Translations under genes and position numbers: made by a program
The notes under the pieces: generated by a model
What the model was told of the DNA's origin: nothing
The model's database searches: none
The model's input: only the letters and a program-made list of their open reading frames with translations
From: Octopus sinensis
Taxonomy: Eukaryota
NCBI RefSeq assembly: GCF_006345805.1
Contig: NC_042999.1
Location: 144,026,001-144,090,000 of the forward strand
DNA length: 64,000 nucleotides
Reading direction: 5' to 3'
In this document: positions 13,520 to 27,735 of the stretch, one piece after another
Layout: the number at the start of each line of letters is the position of its first letter
Numbering within the stretch: position 1 is the first letter of the stretch

Positions 13520-15100
13520 CTGCTAACAGCTGTTATAGAATTCAGTAATGACATCGGGATGGATTTTGGCCTTTGAAATTGTGCTAAAGCAACTTTTGCA
13601 TTGTAAGAGGAAAGTGCAGGCAAACAGCTTCTCTTAAATTAGATACCGACACTACCATCAAGGAACTCGACCCACAAAAAATTAGAAATACCTGTGGATC
13701 AACGAAGGATATGGTATATAACATTCTACCATGAAAGAAAAAATAAGAAAGAAATATTACAAGAGAATAAGACTCATACTAAAAACTGAACTCAAATCTA
13801 AAAATCGCATCGAAGCCAGCCTGGACAGGAAGACAAGAAAACTTTTAACTTCTTAGAACATGCACCACCCAAAAACAGATTGTGATCAGCTGTATATACC
13901 TAAAAATAATGGGAAAGAGGAATGATGCAGATAGAACCGTGCTATAAGACCACCGCAATAGCAATGAACAGGTACTTATCTAGTACAGAAGATAGGACAC
14001 TACGACTAGTGTGCAAACACGAAAGGAGTAAAAAATCACATTCTATTGTCAAGGAAGCTTGCAAATTCGCAAGGGAACTTGGCATTAATCCTGAAATATT
14101 TGTAGAACCTGAAACCACTGCCACAAAACAAGCAAAATGGATCAAGCAGACTGCAAAAAGAACGGGCAGAAACAAATTGAGAAGCGGTTGAGTCAGACGC
14201 TTCCGCATGGACATATATACATCGATGTCGAAATACTGATGTAGACCAAGCGACAACCCATCAGTGGCCGAGAAGTTCAGGACTGAAAGCAGAGACTGAA
14301 GGTTTCATATTGGCGGCACAAGACCACAGCTTGCTCAGAAAAAGCTACCAGGCTAACGTTCTTCAAAACGGTTCTAACCCTAAATGTAGATTCTGCGACA
14401 CATTTTATGAAACAATAGACCATCTCATCTCGAGATGTCTTGTGCTGACACCTAACGAATATAAAAATCTCCAGAATAGGTTAAGGCAGTATTTACATTG
14501 GAAAATATGTAAACACTACAAAATCAGCACTCCTGCCTACTGGTATGAACATCAACCTGAGCCAGTTGTTGAAGGTAGAAAAGTCACTATCCTCTGCAAT
14601 TTTCCAGTCAACACTAACTGAACGACCCAGGCTATTCGACCAGACATAATTATTAAAGACGGAGAAGAAAATACTTTTAGACCTATAGATGTGTTTCCGT
14701 CAATGAATTTGACAAACTAAGTAAATATAAGCACCCGGAAATTGAAATACAAAAGATGAGGCATCTTAAAACGAGAACTGTTTCTGTTATTGTAGGTGTC
14801 CTAGGTATGATAAAAAAAGGGATGTCAGAAACATCTAGATAATATCCCAGGAGAACCATGTCTCAGAGAAATCCAAAAGATTGTACTGACAAGTACTGCC
14901 CACATCCTTAGAAAACCTCTATCCATCTAAATGTCTGTGTTGTATTACATGAAGATATTTCGCTACTTCCCCTCCCCAAGCTTTCAGTCATACTGTAACA
15001 TCTTTTATACTTCACTCGTCCCAGGACACTGGGTGTTTTCCGGCAAGTAACTATAACAAACATGCAGATTAAAAGAAAAAAATAAGATAATAATAATGAT
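13520..15100 (+). mobile_element. 5'-truncated Dong/R4-like LINE, second subfamily
   Basis: DIGMDFGL.KCAK, MHHPK.DCDQLYIPK, SSGLKAETEGFILAAQDHSL, CCHC (CRFCDTFYETIDHLISRC), IRPDIIIKD, C-terminal EIQKIVLTSTAHILRKPLSI*, short (TAA)n tail. Confidence 0.88.
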
Positions 15101-16090
15101 GATGATTTCATTTATTTGCTACAAGGGCGAGGAAGAGGGGACAATACAGTGATAGACATAAAGTGTTGGGGTTTACATATAATAATGAAATGATAAAAAA
15201 AAAGAAAGTATACACGGTATACACTAGAAAAGAAGAGACAAATGCATAGCATACAAAGATACAAAAAATGTGGGGCAGGAGGATGATAGAGACGTGGCCC
15301 TCCTGATACAGGAACGCCTCTATGGATAATCGAGGAACCCCACTGTCCGAGATCTCCCTGAAACCCCATGAGCAAGCGCCCTCTCCAATTCCTTCTCTCA
15401 GACTCACAAGTCTAAACTTACAGAGGTACCATCAACTCTTGCCATTTTCGCTACTTTCACCCAATTTTCGATAAATTTACTTGAAGACAGCACTTCCCTC
15501 CCCACTCTCAATTTTCTTTTCAAGTGAAACTTTAAAAAAGTCGATGAGAACTCTACCAAAGAGTAATGTATCTGCCCCAATGCCTTTCAACCATGTCGAC
15601 CAAACAACCTCTTTCACTACAGCCACCAGGCAAAGGAAAACTGCCTTGCCTGCCCGATTGAAGGAGGGCGGCGGTGCAATCATCAGTTACAGACTAGGCC
15701 GACAGACGGATCCGTCCCACACGTGACAGCAGTTGTTCAACAGAACTCCACATGTCAGCAATGCCCGGACACTGAACGAAGGCGTGCAGAACGGTTTCTT
15801 CACTCTGCGCACACCTCGGACAAGTCCGTCTGACAGCACATCCGTACCTCTAGAGCTTGTCTCAAACCAGCAGCCCCCCTTCCGGTAGCACTACCAGGCC
15901 ACTAATCACTAGCCCGCCACTAATCCTCTGAAGCGAAACATCTACCGATCCCATTGTCCGACTGGTAATGGGTTGTGAGCGCCTGACGGCATTCTAGGTG
16001 CCAAGCGCCCAGTCTCGGTTTTTTTTTCACCTAGGACTGTAGCTCCGTCAAGGAGACGAGCTGTGGAAAGACGAGCCTCAAAAACGGAGC
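15085..16090 (-). mobile_element. 3' fragment of a Tx1/L1-clade LINE
   Basis: Minus strand CPRCAQSEETVLHAFVQCP (Cx2Cx8Hx4C), then IAPPPSFNRAGKAVFLCLVAVVKEVVW, a 3' UTR with AATAAA and an (ATC/ATT)n tail. Confidence 0.75.
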
Positions 16091-18260
16091 CCACTCACGC
16101 TCACCATTCAGAAAGAAAAGATGCTGTAGAAAGCGGATGTTAACACTTTGGATAGAGAATGGTATGTTTAATGTGACTGAGAAGAGACTAGTATATCAAG
16201 CAAAAGCTATTAGAAGAAAATGTATGACAGAATTGGAGGTGGAAGAAAGACCAGGAAGTAGGAAAGACGAACAACCACATAAGAGTTCAAACCAAACACG
16301 AACCTGGAGGGAATAATAATGACACTATCAATAAGGAAGGGGCAACTGGCACCAGTGATTTTAGTGATTTAAGTGAGGAAGATCAGAAGATTTTAGATGA
16401 GTTACAGGAAGCGATGAATAAAGAAGAAAAAGATTACCAGCATTAAAAGGTACTGACATAAGGAAGCTGCTAGATATGACTAGGAAAGTAGATTATGTTA
16501 TCAGTAGAATGAATACTAAAAATATAGGAGACACTAACTTACTGATCTATGTAGGAGGAGATATAGTTACTAAAAGATTAGATATTCCACAAGGAAAATT
16601 AGATTAGAGGGAATTTGGAAAAGGGAATTACAAAATAACGTGAAGACTTTAAGACAGGATCTGAGTAGAATAGAAGCCTGGAAACTGAACAAGTTAGGAA
16701 ATACAAGATTTAAATCTTCTCGAGAAAAGATACTTAGTCAAAGAGAAAGGATTTGGGACAGTCATGGAAGAGTTGAAACAGCGCGTCATAGCAGTAGCAT
16801 GCAAGTTCTCCAGATATCAGAAAAGAATAGATCAGTATCAACAGAATAGATTATTTGAGACAGACCAGATGAGATCTTATAACCAAATAAATTGGGGAAA
16901 AAAGTACTGAAGATGAGAAACCTAAGGCAATAGATGCTAGAAAGTTCTGGAGTTATAATGGAGATGAAGTATGGTTAAAGAAAGTAAGGGAAGGGGCAAT
17001 GAGTGAGAAGTAGCCAGATTTATGATTTACTAGAGCATTAATGAGTAAAGTGTTAGGAATAACGCCGAATTGGAAGGGCTCAGGACTAGATTTAGTTCAA
17101 GGGTACTGTTAAAGAAATTTAGTAATTTGCATGAGAGGCTGAGGGAACAAATTCGGGATTACTTTAGTGGAGAAATAATTCCAGATTGGATGACTAGAGG
17201 GAGAGCAATACTCATTATGAAAGAATAAAGCAATGATACTACAGCTAGTAACTATAGACCAATCACTTGCTTACAATTATTGTGAAAGCTGTTAACAGGA
17301 ATGCTTTCAGAAAGCATTTACTAGTACCTTGAAAAGTTTGCTGTCAGAAGAACAGAGGGGTTGCAGGAAGAAGGCTAGAGGAGTTCTAAATGAAGTAAAA
17401 GCTAGAAAGAAAAATCTAGCAATAGCATGGATAGATCATAAGAAAACTTATGACATAATCCGACACTCACGGATAAGTGAACGTTTGAGTATATTTAGTA
17501 TAGCAGATAACATAAGAGAATCAATTAGTTTTAGATCTCTACTCGGGTAACACGCTGTTAGGGAAAGTTGATACCAAAAGAGGAATTTTCCAAGGAGGCT
17601 CGTTATCCCCTTTGATATTTGTCTTATGTTTGTTCTCCCTCAGTTTAGCATTTAGGAAGGCAACAGCAGGGTATCAGTTCAGAAATAGTAATAGAAAAAG
17701 TAATCATTTGCTCTACATGGATGATCTGAAGCTTTTTAGTAAGAATGAAAAAGCGATAGATTACTTAATACTGGCGGCAAGACTCTAGCAAAGATATAGG
17801 CATGGACTTTGACATAAATAAGGGTGCAATATTAGACAAGGGAAGGTGCTCGAAAAATAAGAGGTGTTGCCTTAGTTCACTGCTAGTGAACAGCTGACGC
17901 CGTAGTACATCTCCAGCGTTAGAAGCTGTGCAAAGGCAATAATAATAATAATAATAATAAATGTAAGATTTTTTTGGACTTTCCCATTCAAAAGGACAAG
18001 AAGTTAGAAAGTAATTAACCGGACATAACAATGATAGATTAGATAAAGCGAAGTTGCTTACTAATCGACCCAGCATGCCGGTTTGATTCCAGGATCGTAA
18101 AGAAACAAGAAGAAAAACAAAAAAACACAATCCCTTATAATTTGATAAAGGAAGAATTTGGAGCTTAAGTAGTGGCGCAGCATCATAGCTATGTGTTGAG
18201 AGGAAGTCTTTGGGGTTAAACATGGTTGTTTCATTCATCATCCTTAAATAACCCTTATTC
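16090..18260 (+). mobile_element. Degenerate Dong/R4-like LINE (RT region and REL remnant), third subfamily
   Basis: ASNYRPITCL, EEQRGCRK, AWIDHKKTYD, RGIFQGGSLSPL, HLLYMDDLKLF (~17705-17740); many stops; an internal (AAT)n-tailed piece at ~17870-17962. Confidence 0.85.
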
Positions 18261-18476
18261 AAGGTCCTTTTATGTAGGATGGGCTACTCGGCCAGAAGAA
18301 AATTCTATCTGGGCCCCACTAGGAAGGTCATGCGGTGTTTATCTTGATATGTCGCGCACATGGTTGTGATGCATGTGCTTGATGTACCTTTATCAGACAG
18401 GTAGTCATGATGGCTATACTGGGCTTCGTATATTTTACCCAGTGTCACTTTGATGACATGCACTGATCTCTCACTC

Positions 18477-18645
18477 AAGAAGAAGAAGAAGAAGAAGAAG
18501 AAGAAGAAGAAGAAGAAGAAGAAGAAGAAGAAGAAGAAGAAGAAGAAGAAGAAGAAGAAGAAGAAGAAGAAGAAGAAGAAGAAGAAGAAGAAGAAGAAGA
18601 AGAAGAAGAAGAAGAAGAAGAAGAAGAAGAAGAAGAAGAAGAAGA
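18477..18645. repeat. Pure (AAG)~56 microsatellite
   Basis: Direct reading; source of the poly-K, poly-F and poly-S ORFs. Confidence 0.98.
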
Positions 18646-19111
18646 TAAACAAAAGACCACCAATGTAGTGAGTGATTCGAATATTTGAATCATACTTTAT
18701 TTTATTGAACCTGGAGGGGTGAAGGGTAAAGTTGATCTCGGCAAGGTTCTAACTCAATATATAAAAGTGTGTAACTAAATATAGCAAGAAATGTTATCCT
18801 CCACTTTAACGATTCTGTCAATCCATTCCCCTTTAATAATTTATAACATTCATAAAACCAGAAATATAGGGTATGAGATGTTGATTAAACCTTCACCAGT
18901 ACAAGAATTGTATGTTAGTCTATCGACCCAGTTGAGTTGAAGGACGAAGTTGAAGTCGATTGAATTTTATCTGAACCAAAAGAAAGATCACAAAGTATTT
19001 TGTCTGACGCTCTAATGATTCTGTTAATAGCGATAATACTACTTAGGTACAAAACTGACTTGGCAGATTGAGATACTTGACTAGTTAGTTATTTTATCAA
19101 CATCAAAGAGA

Positions 19112-19480
19112 GCAAACTTGATATAAGTGAGTTACCCAGATCTATATTTATGCGTCACCTTTACCTCGAATCTCTGAACATTTGACTATAATTTCCATCC
19201 TGCTCTTTAAAATTCCAATGAACTGATATTTCCGACGCTGACGTAGTTCAAGCAATCAACCGCAACAGAGAAAAAAAATTCTAGACGAGCGACTATATAA
19301 AATGTATGATAACAGGCAATTAATTTTTAATTGGTTTGGCCATAATGTTCGTTATTCTGCGTCAATTACTCAATTACTGATGTTTAAAATCGCCGCTAGT
19401 TTACTGCGATTACTCTCGTAATTCATGTTATTAGCACTTAGATTTAACTGGTTGTCTTAGCTCTAGAGGTTGTGATCTAT
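19112..19480 (+). repeat. Unclassified intronic repeat unit, copy 1 of 3
   Basis: Shares gcaaacttgatat, attactcaatta and gcact.agat.taactggtt with 21871-22262 and, in part, with 24775-24910. Confidence 0.75.
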
Positions 19481-19641
19481 ATAGATATACCATTGCAAAT
19501 TCAGTTATTCAACTACACTGTGCAATTATATGCATGAATAATTATCACCTATATGCATAATATGATATTGGGCATTTGTGTATTATAATTTGTGAATTAT
19601 GTTATATTACTAATACACACATACACTAACACTTAGCTGTA

Positions 19642-19728
<87 letters not shown>

Positions 19729-20299
19729 CGCGTGTGTGTATGTATGTATGTATGTATGTATACTGCATTTCACCAGGTATAGGTGGATCACTCAATTGAT
19801 AGTTAGTGTGCACCTGAGGTAGCCGCTTTGTTGCCGCTACATTTACGTGTAATTGCTTCTTATTTAACAATTCTGATATTTCAATATTCTCATCAAACTA
19901 GTCTTGATGTTTACGTTCTGTTTTCTATAATACCTCGGGTGCGGATGCATAGAGAGGGTATCGGAATTTGATCCATTTGTCCTCAATGTAGATATCGGAA
20001 TCTTCCATTGTCACTAATGAGCAGATAAGTGTATCTTCAAGCTCAGTATGCTTATCCTTGGACCTGAGTTTGTTGAGGTCCAGAACAGATTCCATTGAAG
20101 TCGCCTGTCCTTTATTTCGAGTTTGCACTTGCCTTTCGTTAAGCGGTAATCTGTCCGGAAATTTGCATCATATATAGACTTGGCAACTCAGATATCGTGC
20201 CGATCTTTCTGATGAAAAATTGATGCAATTAAATGCCAATGCTTAGAATTGGTGTGCATCGGAGATGTGCACTTCCTAAAAGTGAGATTAAAAGTGGTG

Positions 20300-20570
20300 T
20301 TTATCGGATCTGATTCACAATGCAAAACTTGACAAAATGTTAGCTGTTGGAATTGCAGTTACCAACTCCATTACTTCCTGACAACCCGCCATGTTCCATG
20401 GTCTGTTCCAGCGTGGCATTAAAGTCTCCCGGCAATGAGGGTTTTTTTGTTGGAGAAAATGGCTGAAATTAGTAATGACAGATCTTCGTAGATCATTGGT
20501 CATCGTGGGTGCGTAGCAGCTTACAGGGTTGAGAAAATTGTGTTCTTTTGTTGGGTACGTCAAAAGCACT
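20300..20570 (-). mobile_element. RTE-clade APE endonuclease fragment
   Basis: SCYAPTMT motif and GDFNA (plus strand cgtggcattaaagtctccc). Confidence 0.65.
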
Positions 20571-20639
20571 TTTTTTTTCTTTTTCTTTTTTTGCAACATG
20601 TTCTTATTTAAAATTTTTATAATTTTTACAGGAGATATT

Positions 20640-20835
20640 TTTATGCTGAGCAAAATATTTTAAGTAATTTAAGTTAATTTATTTTGGGAAAAAAAATTGC
20701 ATACCATGTTTCGATACATGTTCGTGTTCAAAAAGTTTTAGTCCGTTCAAGAATTGCTTATCCTGTTCGGCCCGCATCCTAAAGTGTACTTTGAGTTTTG
20801 GCCCCCTATGCGATTGAGTTTGACACCCCCGGACT
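20640..20835. mobile_element. Possible hAT-type MITE terminus
   Basis: Ends ...ggcccc...gagtttgacacccccg, resembling the reverse complement of CAGGGGTGTCAAAC hAT TIRs; no partner end found. Confidence 0.4.
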
Positions 20836-21149
20836 AGGCAAAGGTAAAACCAACGCAATTCCTACCGAGATCTATGAACATAGTGGACGGAAAATACAAG
20901 GAAACTACTCTCCCTATATATTACGATGTGGGATCACGAACTAATTCTACAACATTTAAAAGATATCAGCATTGTACACCTCTATAAAATAAAAGAAAAC
21001 ACGAAATAGTGTCAAAGCCATAGGGGCATATCATTCATGTCGTTCGCAAACTCCTTTCTCTGGAGAATATATTGCTATCGCATTTGTTCTTGCTCTTTCC
21101 TTTTCCGACTTTTTTCTCTTTTCTATTTGGACGAATCTGATAAAGGCAA

Positions 21150-21780
21150 AGATTGATAACATTCAGAAACCAAATGGAATCTATGAGAAAGCAGACGAAA
21201 ATGTTCACCATCTGTGAATGTATTAAAATAGTACAAGAGTATAAGCACAGGTATGACTGTGTGGGTAAAAGAGTGCACTGAGATATTTGCCGAGTGTGTG
21301 AGTTCAAAGTAGCAGAAAAATGGTATGCACATGAACCAGTTGCTCTGTAATACAGATTAAGAATTATAGGGTTTTATGGGACTTATCCATATAGATTGGG
21401 CATACTACTGAAGCAGGTAGACTAGATATGATTATAACCTACAAAAAATAAATGAACAAAGTAAGGACATAGACTTTACAATGCCATATGACAATAGAGT
21501 GGATACCAAAGAAATTGAAATTTAAAAAATTGACAAATATCAGGACCTAACGAGAGAGAGGAAGAAATTGTTGAGAAAAATAAATGAGAAATATTAGCAC
21601 CTTGTCAAGTAAGATGAGTAGATTGTGGAAGACAATTATTCTTGTGATAATTGTTGCACTCTTATATAAAACGCTGAAATTGAGACTTGCATTGACGACT
21701 TGCAGGAAATTGCCATTCTGTATTCTGCAAGAATCCCAAGGTTCTAACATCTGAAGAAACTTTTCGTCACCATATATTTA
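21150..21780 (+). mobile_element. Degenerate Dong/R4-like LINE 3' fragment
   Basis: EYKHRYDCVGKRVH, EKWYAHEP, DFTMPYDNRVDTKEI, KYQDL REL motifs. Confidence 0.7.
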
Positions 21781-21870
21781 TATAGTAAGCGTGATTTAAT
21801 GATAATTTAATGATAGGTACAAGAACACAAATGTACCAGGTAGATTATAGCACTTTGCTGATAATGAGAA

Positions 21871-22262
21871 GCAAACTTGATATCAGCGAGTTACCTAGGT
21901 CTACGTTTATGCATCAACTCGGATGTTATTATGACTCAGGACACTTATTTAATTATAAGCTTCATCCTGCTCCTTACTAATTCCAATAAAGCACTATTTC
22001 CAACGCAAACATATTTCAATCAAACAATAGCAACAACCACCGAGTGATATGCTAGGTGAAATCGTATATAAAATGCCCATTAACTGAAAAATAACAAGCA
22101 ATTAATTTTTAATAGGCTTGGCCATAATGATCGTTGTCCTGCGTTGATTACTCAATTACTAATCTTTAAAACCGCCGCAAGTTTGCTGATTACTATGCTA
22201 ATTCATACATTACTGGCACTTAGATTTAACTGGTTACTTCACTTATAGAGGTTATCAACTGT
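21871..22262 (+). repeat. Unclassified intronic repeat unit, copy 2 of 3
   Basis: Colinear with 19112-19480 over about 370 bp, with small indels. Confidence 0.75.
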
Positions 22263-22460
22263 ATAATTATATTGTTACAATATTAACTTATTCATCATCC
22301 ACAGCGTAATTATATACGTAAATAATTATCTGTATACATATATGCATACAGGGCATTTGAGTATATGTATTATATATGCTTATGTAATGTGCCAATACAT
22401 ACATACTTACATATATACATATTTGCATATGTGCGTGTAGTGTGCGTAAACATATATATA

Positions 22461-22494
<34 letters not shown>

Positions 22495-22693
22495 CATACA
22501 TACATACATACATACATACATACATAAATCATGAATTAAAAAAGAACAACTGTTGCATAATTATATTCATCATCTCTTTCAGTTATGAGAACACGGCACC
22601 AGTAGCGAGTATCAGTCTGTATTCTCATACGCTCTTCCGAGCTATAATGAAGTATTTTTATTCAGGAACGCATTTAAATGCACAAACACTCAT

Positions 22694-22743
<50 letters not shown>

Positions 22744-23232
22744 ACATGCACACACGCACACGCACATGTTTATATATACTCTGACATAAATGTGCATATA
22801 GTATCATATGCAGCCATTTTATACACACACATATATGCATACACTGTTCCTAAATATACATGCATGTATGCATACATATATACATACATATATACATCTA
22901 GACACACATAGCTGTGTATGTGTGTGTTAGGTTAGTGTGCATGCGTGGATTAGTGTGCATGTATGTGCGTGCATGTATGTGCGTGCATGTATGTGCGTGC
23001 ATGTATGTGCGTGCATGTATGTGCGTGCATGTATGTGCGTGCATGTGTGTGTGTATATATATACGTATGTGTATATGCATTTATATATACATATATGGAT
23101 GTTTAAATGTGTGGGTGTATGTGTGTATACGTGAACATGTATTTATATGAGAATATACATGCATATGTGTGTCAATATAGTTACATACATTCATAAATAA
23201 ATAAATATATATATATATAAATAAATAAATAA

Positions 23233-23334
<102 letters not shown>

Positions 23335-24353
23335 GACTATTCATCGTGGCTTGTAAGACTGTATAAGTATATAATCTGGCGCGCTTTACTGAATGTCGTG
23401 TTCTTGTAGGTGAGAAAGCTTGAAGCTTATGAACGTAATTATGTAACTTTTGTTCTTTTGTTATTTATTCATCAATATTTTGTCTGTATTTATGTTACTC
23501 TTTATGTGAGTCTGGATCGGATGATATCTGTGAATTCCCAAAATGTCACAGGGGGTGTTATAGATTACCAGACGTTACTAATATATTGAATTCTAATGAA
23601 CGGTTATTCGTTCTCTTATGGAGAAGCTGAAGTATATTTGTCTGTATGTGTATGTGTCTGTGTTTGTATATAGGGATACTGGAGAAAGAGAGAGAGGGGG
23701 TGAAATAGATAAAAAATCTGTTATAAATATGAGTATGAGTGTGTATGTATATGTGCATGCGTGCATGCGTGCATGCATATTATCATCACATTATAATTTT
23801 ACGTCTGTTTTCTATGCTGGACGGGTTTTTCGCCTTCCGAATCATCTGTTGATGTTAACGCTCTCTCAAACGGTTCGGGCACTACGTCTTGCTCCTACTT
23901 TTCATTTGGAATGGTTTTGACCTTTCGTTAACTTTCTTATCACCACTAACCTCTTCACAGGGTGCATTCGGTGTATTTGTTCAAAGCTGTCTATATTAGC
24001 ACAGGGAAACAGGAGAGGAGTTTAGAAAGAGACGCGGTGAGACCAATGTGTAGAGTGATCCTATCGCAGTAAAGAATGATATGAGACAGGGAATGAAGGG
24101 TTGACGTATTAAAGATCGGTTATGGTAAGCGAGATCGAGTGTGATGGATAGTTGTAGAGATGGCTGATGGCAAGAGATGATAGGTACATCTATAAAATGC
24201 AAAGTAATCTTGCATATGTGTAGAGCTTATATTTTCATGGAGTGTTTTGCTATCAGCCATAGATATTCAACAAATTAGTTTGAATATTTGGACAGGATTC
24301 CTGAAGATTTTCAGTGAGGAACTGTCGTTAATTCTAAGTGGGGGCGGTTGACT

Positions 24354-24409
<56 letters not shown>

Positions 24410-24410
24410 T

Positions 24411-24480
<70 letters not shown>

Positions 24481-24774
24481 CAAACTAGTGATTATAACTA
24501 ATCTGAGTTCGACCGAGGTCCGTATTTTAATTAATGGCTAATTAGATATTTATCAAGCATATATACATACATATCTACATCTTCCGAAAAATTTAGAACT
24601 AGCGTTTAAGTAGGAGTTAATAATAGGAAAATGTAGATATTTTGAAAATCAGCTATTGCAAAACAATCCTAACTCGTCTTTCAGACTAAAAATATTTAAT
24701 ATACCTTTCTTACCGCCTTACGGAACATTTCTTTTCCCTTTCAACTTCTCGTAAATTTACACATGTATATGTGT

Positions 24775-24910
24775 GCTCATTATTCTGCACCAATTACTCA
24801 ATTATTGCTGCGTAAGACCGCTATAAGATTATTTGGATAGCTATGCTGATTCAAACATTATTAGCACTAAGATATAACTGGTTTTCTGCTCCAAAGATAA
24901 TCAACTTTAA
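24775..24910 (+). repeat. Unclassified intronic repeat unit, partial copy 3 of 3
   Basis: tattctgc.ccaattactcaatta...ttagcactaagatataactggtt matches the core of copies 1 and 2. Confidence 0.65.
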
Positions 24911-24925
24911 AGAGTTTATCTCACT

Positions 24926-24961
<36 letters not shown>

Positions 24962-25079
24962 AACAAACAAGCACACTCACACACACACACAATTATATAT
25001 ATAGCCGTACAAACGTACGACACTCTCGACCCTTCGGTCACTCCATTGTTTCTGCTAAATATCAATATATATATATATA

Positions 25080-25192
<113 letters not shown>

Positions 25193-25282
25193 ACTAATGT
25201 AGAATAAAAACTTTTTCAGGAAAAAAATTTTATCAATGGCCAGCATATCAAAAAATACCTTTAAATGTTAAATTTATAAATA

Positions 25283-25798
25283 ACTAGCAGCATCGCCCGG
25301 CGTTGCTCGGGTTTGTAAGGGAAATAACTATATAAGCATTTTTAGAGAGTTACTTCCCTTATAGATGCCAATTCGGGCTTTCTTAGCCATTTCTGTTTTG
25401 GTGTCTTCAAGCCATGAAGTCGTTGTTCTAAAAGAACGCTGGTCTCCTTGACAACGCATTACGACGTTGATTTCCTTACACTCCCTTCCCCACAGCTTCA
25501 CGAGGGAGGGAAGAAGGGGGAGAAGCAACACAGGTGCAGGTGTGACCATGGACGCCCACTCCGCCGCCATCGACACACGAAAAAATATGCATTAAAATGG
25601 AATAAAAAATGATGTTAAATTATTTTTAAAATCGTAGACTCATCGTAGACGCGCGCTAATACCCAGACGGGCTCGATATGAATCACGACTATAAGATACC
25701 CGAATTTGGTTAAACTGCACCGCAAAATGTGGGAGTAGTTAGGAATCTAAATCGAAGGGGACAGACACTCACACAACTACAGTTTTATGTATATAGAT
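25283..25798 (+). mobile_element. Helentron/Helitron-type non-autonomous element (Lep1/DINE-1-like)
   Basis: 5' ACTAGC with a subterminal hairpin (CCCGG-CGTTG-CTCGGG), 3' ...ttttatgtatatagat, no TSD; an inverted homologue lies at 57193-57800. Confidence 0.7.
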
Positions 25799-26183
25799 TT
25801 ACAAGATAAGGGCAAAAGAAAAATTCTAATGCCAAATATGCCGAAAGAAAGACAAAAATTGTCAATAACCATTATAATTTATGCGTCTCGAAACAAACCG
25901 ATAGAAATTTCTAAAAAATCCGTTATTACCGTATGGGTCCCAATTTCGGGGTTAATTCATAAGAATTTTCCCCTCTTCAGCGATAAATACGTGAGATATA
26001 AGTGAAATACTTACTCATACCCATGGAAAAAGTAAGTACTAAGTCCCGAACAGACCTAAGTACCCCAAATATATCCAAAATAGAAAATCTTCGGCACATT
26101 TTGTAAATTAATTATATACATACATATAATTATATATATATATATATATTATATATATATATATATATTATATATTATATATA

Positions 26184-26264
<81 letters not shown>

Positions 26265-26491
26265 AGAGAGAGAGCATGTGTGTATGATGAAGGCTTGCTG
26301 CTTCGAATTTACAGTCACCCCTCTTCTAAAACTTTCAGGACCATGTATGATACTAAAAAGTTTTGAGTAATTCATGCATACATGCAAATAGACAGACAGA
26401 TATATATACATAATTATTAATATGCATATGTTAAATACGTAAACATACCTGAAAATGCATATATTCACGTACATATGTATATATATATATA

Positions 26492-27735
26492 CAGGGGTTG
26501 GGCAAAATAATGGCAACACCTAGTATCATAATTTTGAAATATTTATAAAACCGCCAAAAGCTTTTTTTTAATTAATTTTTAGATTTATTATTAGTGTTGC
26601 TTAATATGTTTTGCTACAATTGCAGTTTCCTTTCAGATATCATCAGAAAAAAGGTAATTAAATTTCATTAGAATGACAGATCTGTCGGACTTTCAAAGAG
26701 GTCAAATTGTTGGTGCTCATATGGCAGGCGCTAGCGTAACGAAAACAGCTGAAATGTTTGGTGTATCAAGAAGTACTGTCTCAAAAGTAATGACAGCCTT
26801 TGAGGGTGAGGGATAAACCTCCTCGTCGAAACAAAACTCCGGAAGAAAACCAAAACTTTCAGATGGGGACTGTCGGGTTCTTACGCGAATTATTAGAAAG
26901 AATCACAAAAGTACAGCTCCCAAAATTACTGCAGAGCTTAATGACCACCTCGAGAACTCAGTTTCCACAAACACTGTTCGCTGGGAGCTGCACAAAGCCG
27001 GGTTACACGAGAGAACTGCAATCAGAAAACCACTACTTTCAAAAACAAATGTTGCAAAGCGTTTAGAGTGGAGTAAAAACCTACAGAATTGGTCCCTAGA
27101 GCAGTGGAAGAATGTTATTTTCTCATCCGTTACCTTATTTCCGACCACTGGCCTAGTATACGTGTAGAGACAGCCAAAAAGAACCGTTCGACTCAGACTG
27201 CCTTCTTCCAACTGTTAAAGATGCAGAAGGATCTGTGGTGATGGGGGGGGCTATATCTAGGAAAGCCGTGGTTTCCCTTCATGGCAGAATTAATAGTCAA
27301 GACTATTTAAGCATTTTATCTGATCAAATTCATCCTATGGTTGCGGAACTGTTTCCGGGGGAAAAAGGCAATCTTTCAGGATGATAATATACCAATTCAT
27401 ACAGCTAAAGTTGTTACTTAATGGCACGAGGAACATTCTAGTAAAGTTGAACATCTTATCTGGCCACCTCAGTCCCCAGATCTCAGTATTATTGAACATT
27501 TATGGTTCATTTTAGAAAAACAAGGAGTCGCTATCCTCCACCATCATTGCTCCAAGAGCTGGAGACTGTTTTAGCTGAAGAATGGACAAAAATTCCTTTG
27601 GAAAAATTCAAACTTTGTACGAGTCCATACCTCGTAAAATTCAAACTGTAATTACTGCCAAAGGCGGTCATACTCAATATTAAAATTAATTTGTGTGAAA
27701 TTTCAAGGTGTTTCCATTATTTTGTCCAACCCCTG
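26492..27735 (+). mobile_element. Degenerate full-length Tc1-family (DD34E) transposon
   Basis: TA|CAGGGGTTGGGCAAAATAATGGCAACACC ... GGTGTTTCCATTATTTTGTCCAACCCCTG|TA. Transposase starts at ATG 26673 (MTDLSDFQRGQIVGA..SGRKPKLS) with FQDDN and SPDLSIIEHLW; stops and frameshifts present. Confidence 0.93.

Noticed and set aside
23815-23851. Minus-strand CAGATGA-TTCGGAAGGC-GAAA-AACCC-GTC
   Set aside because: Core U4 is changed, stem II is weak and there is no stem I complement.
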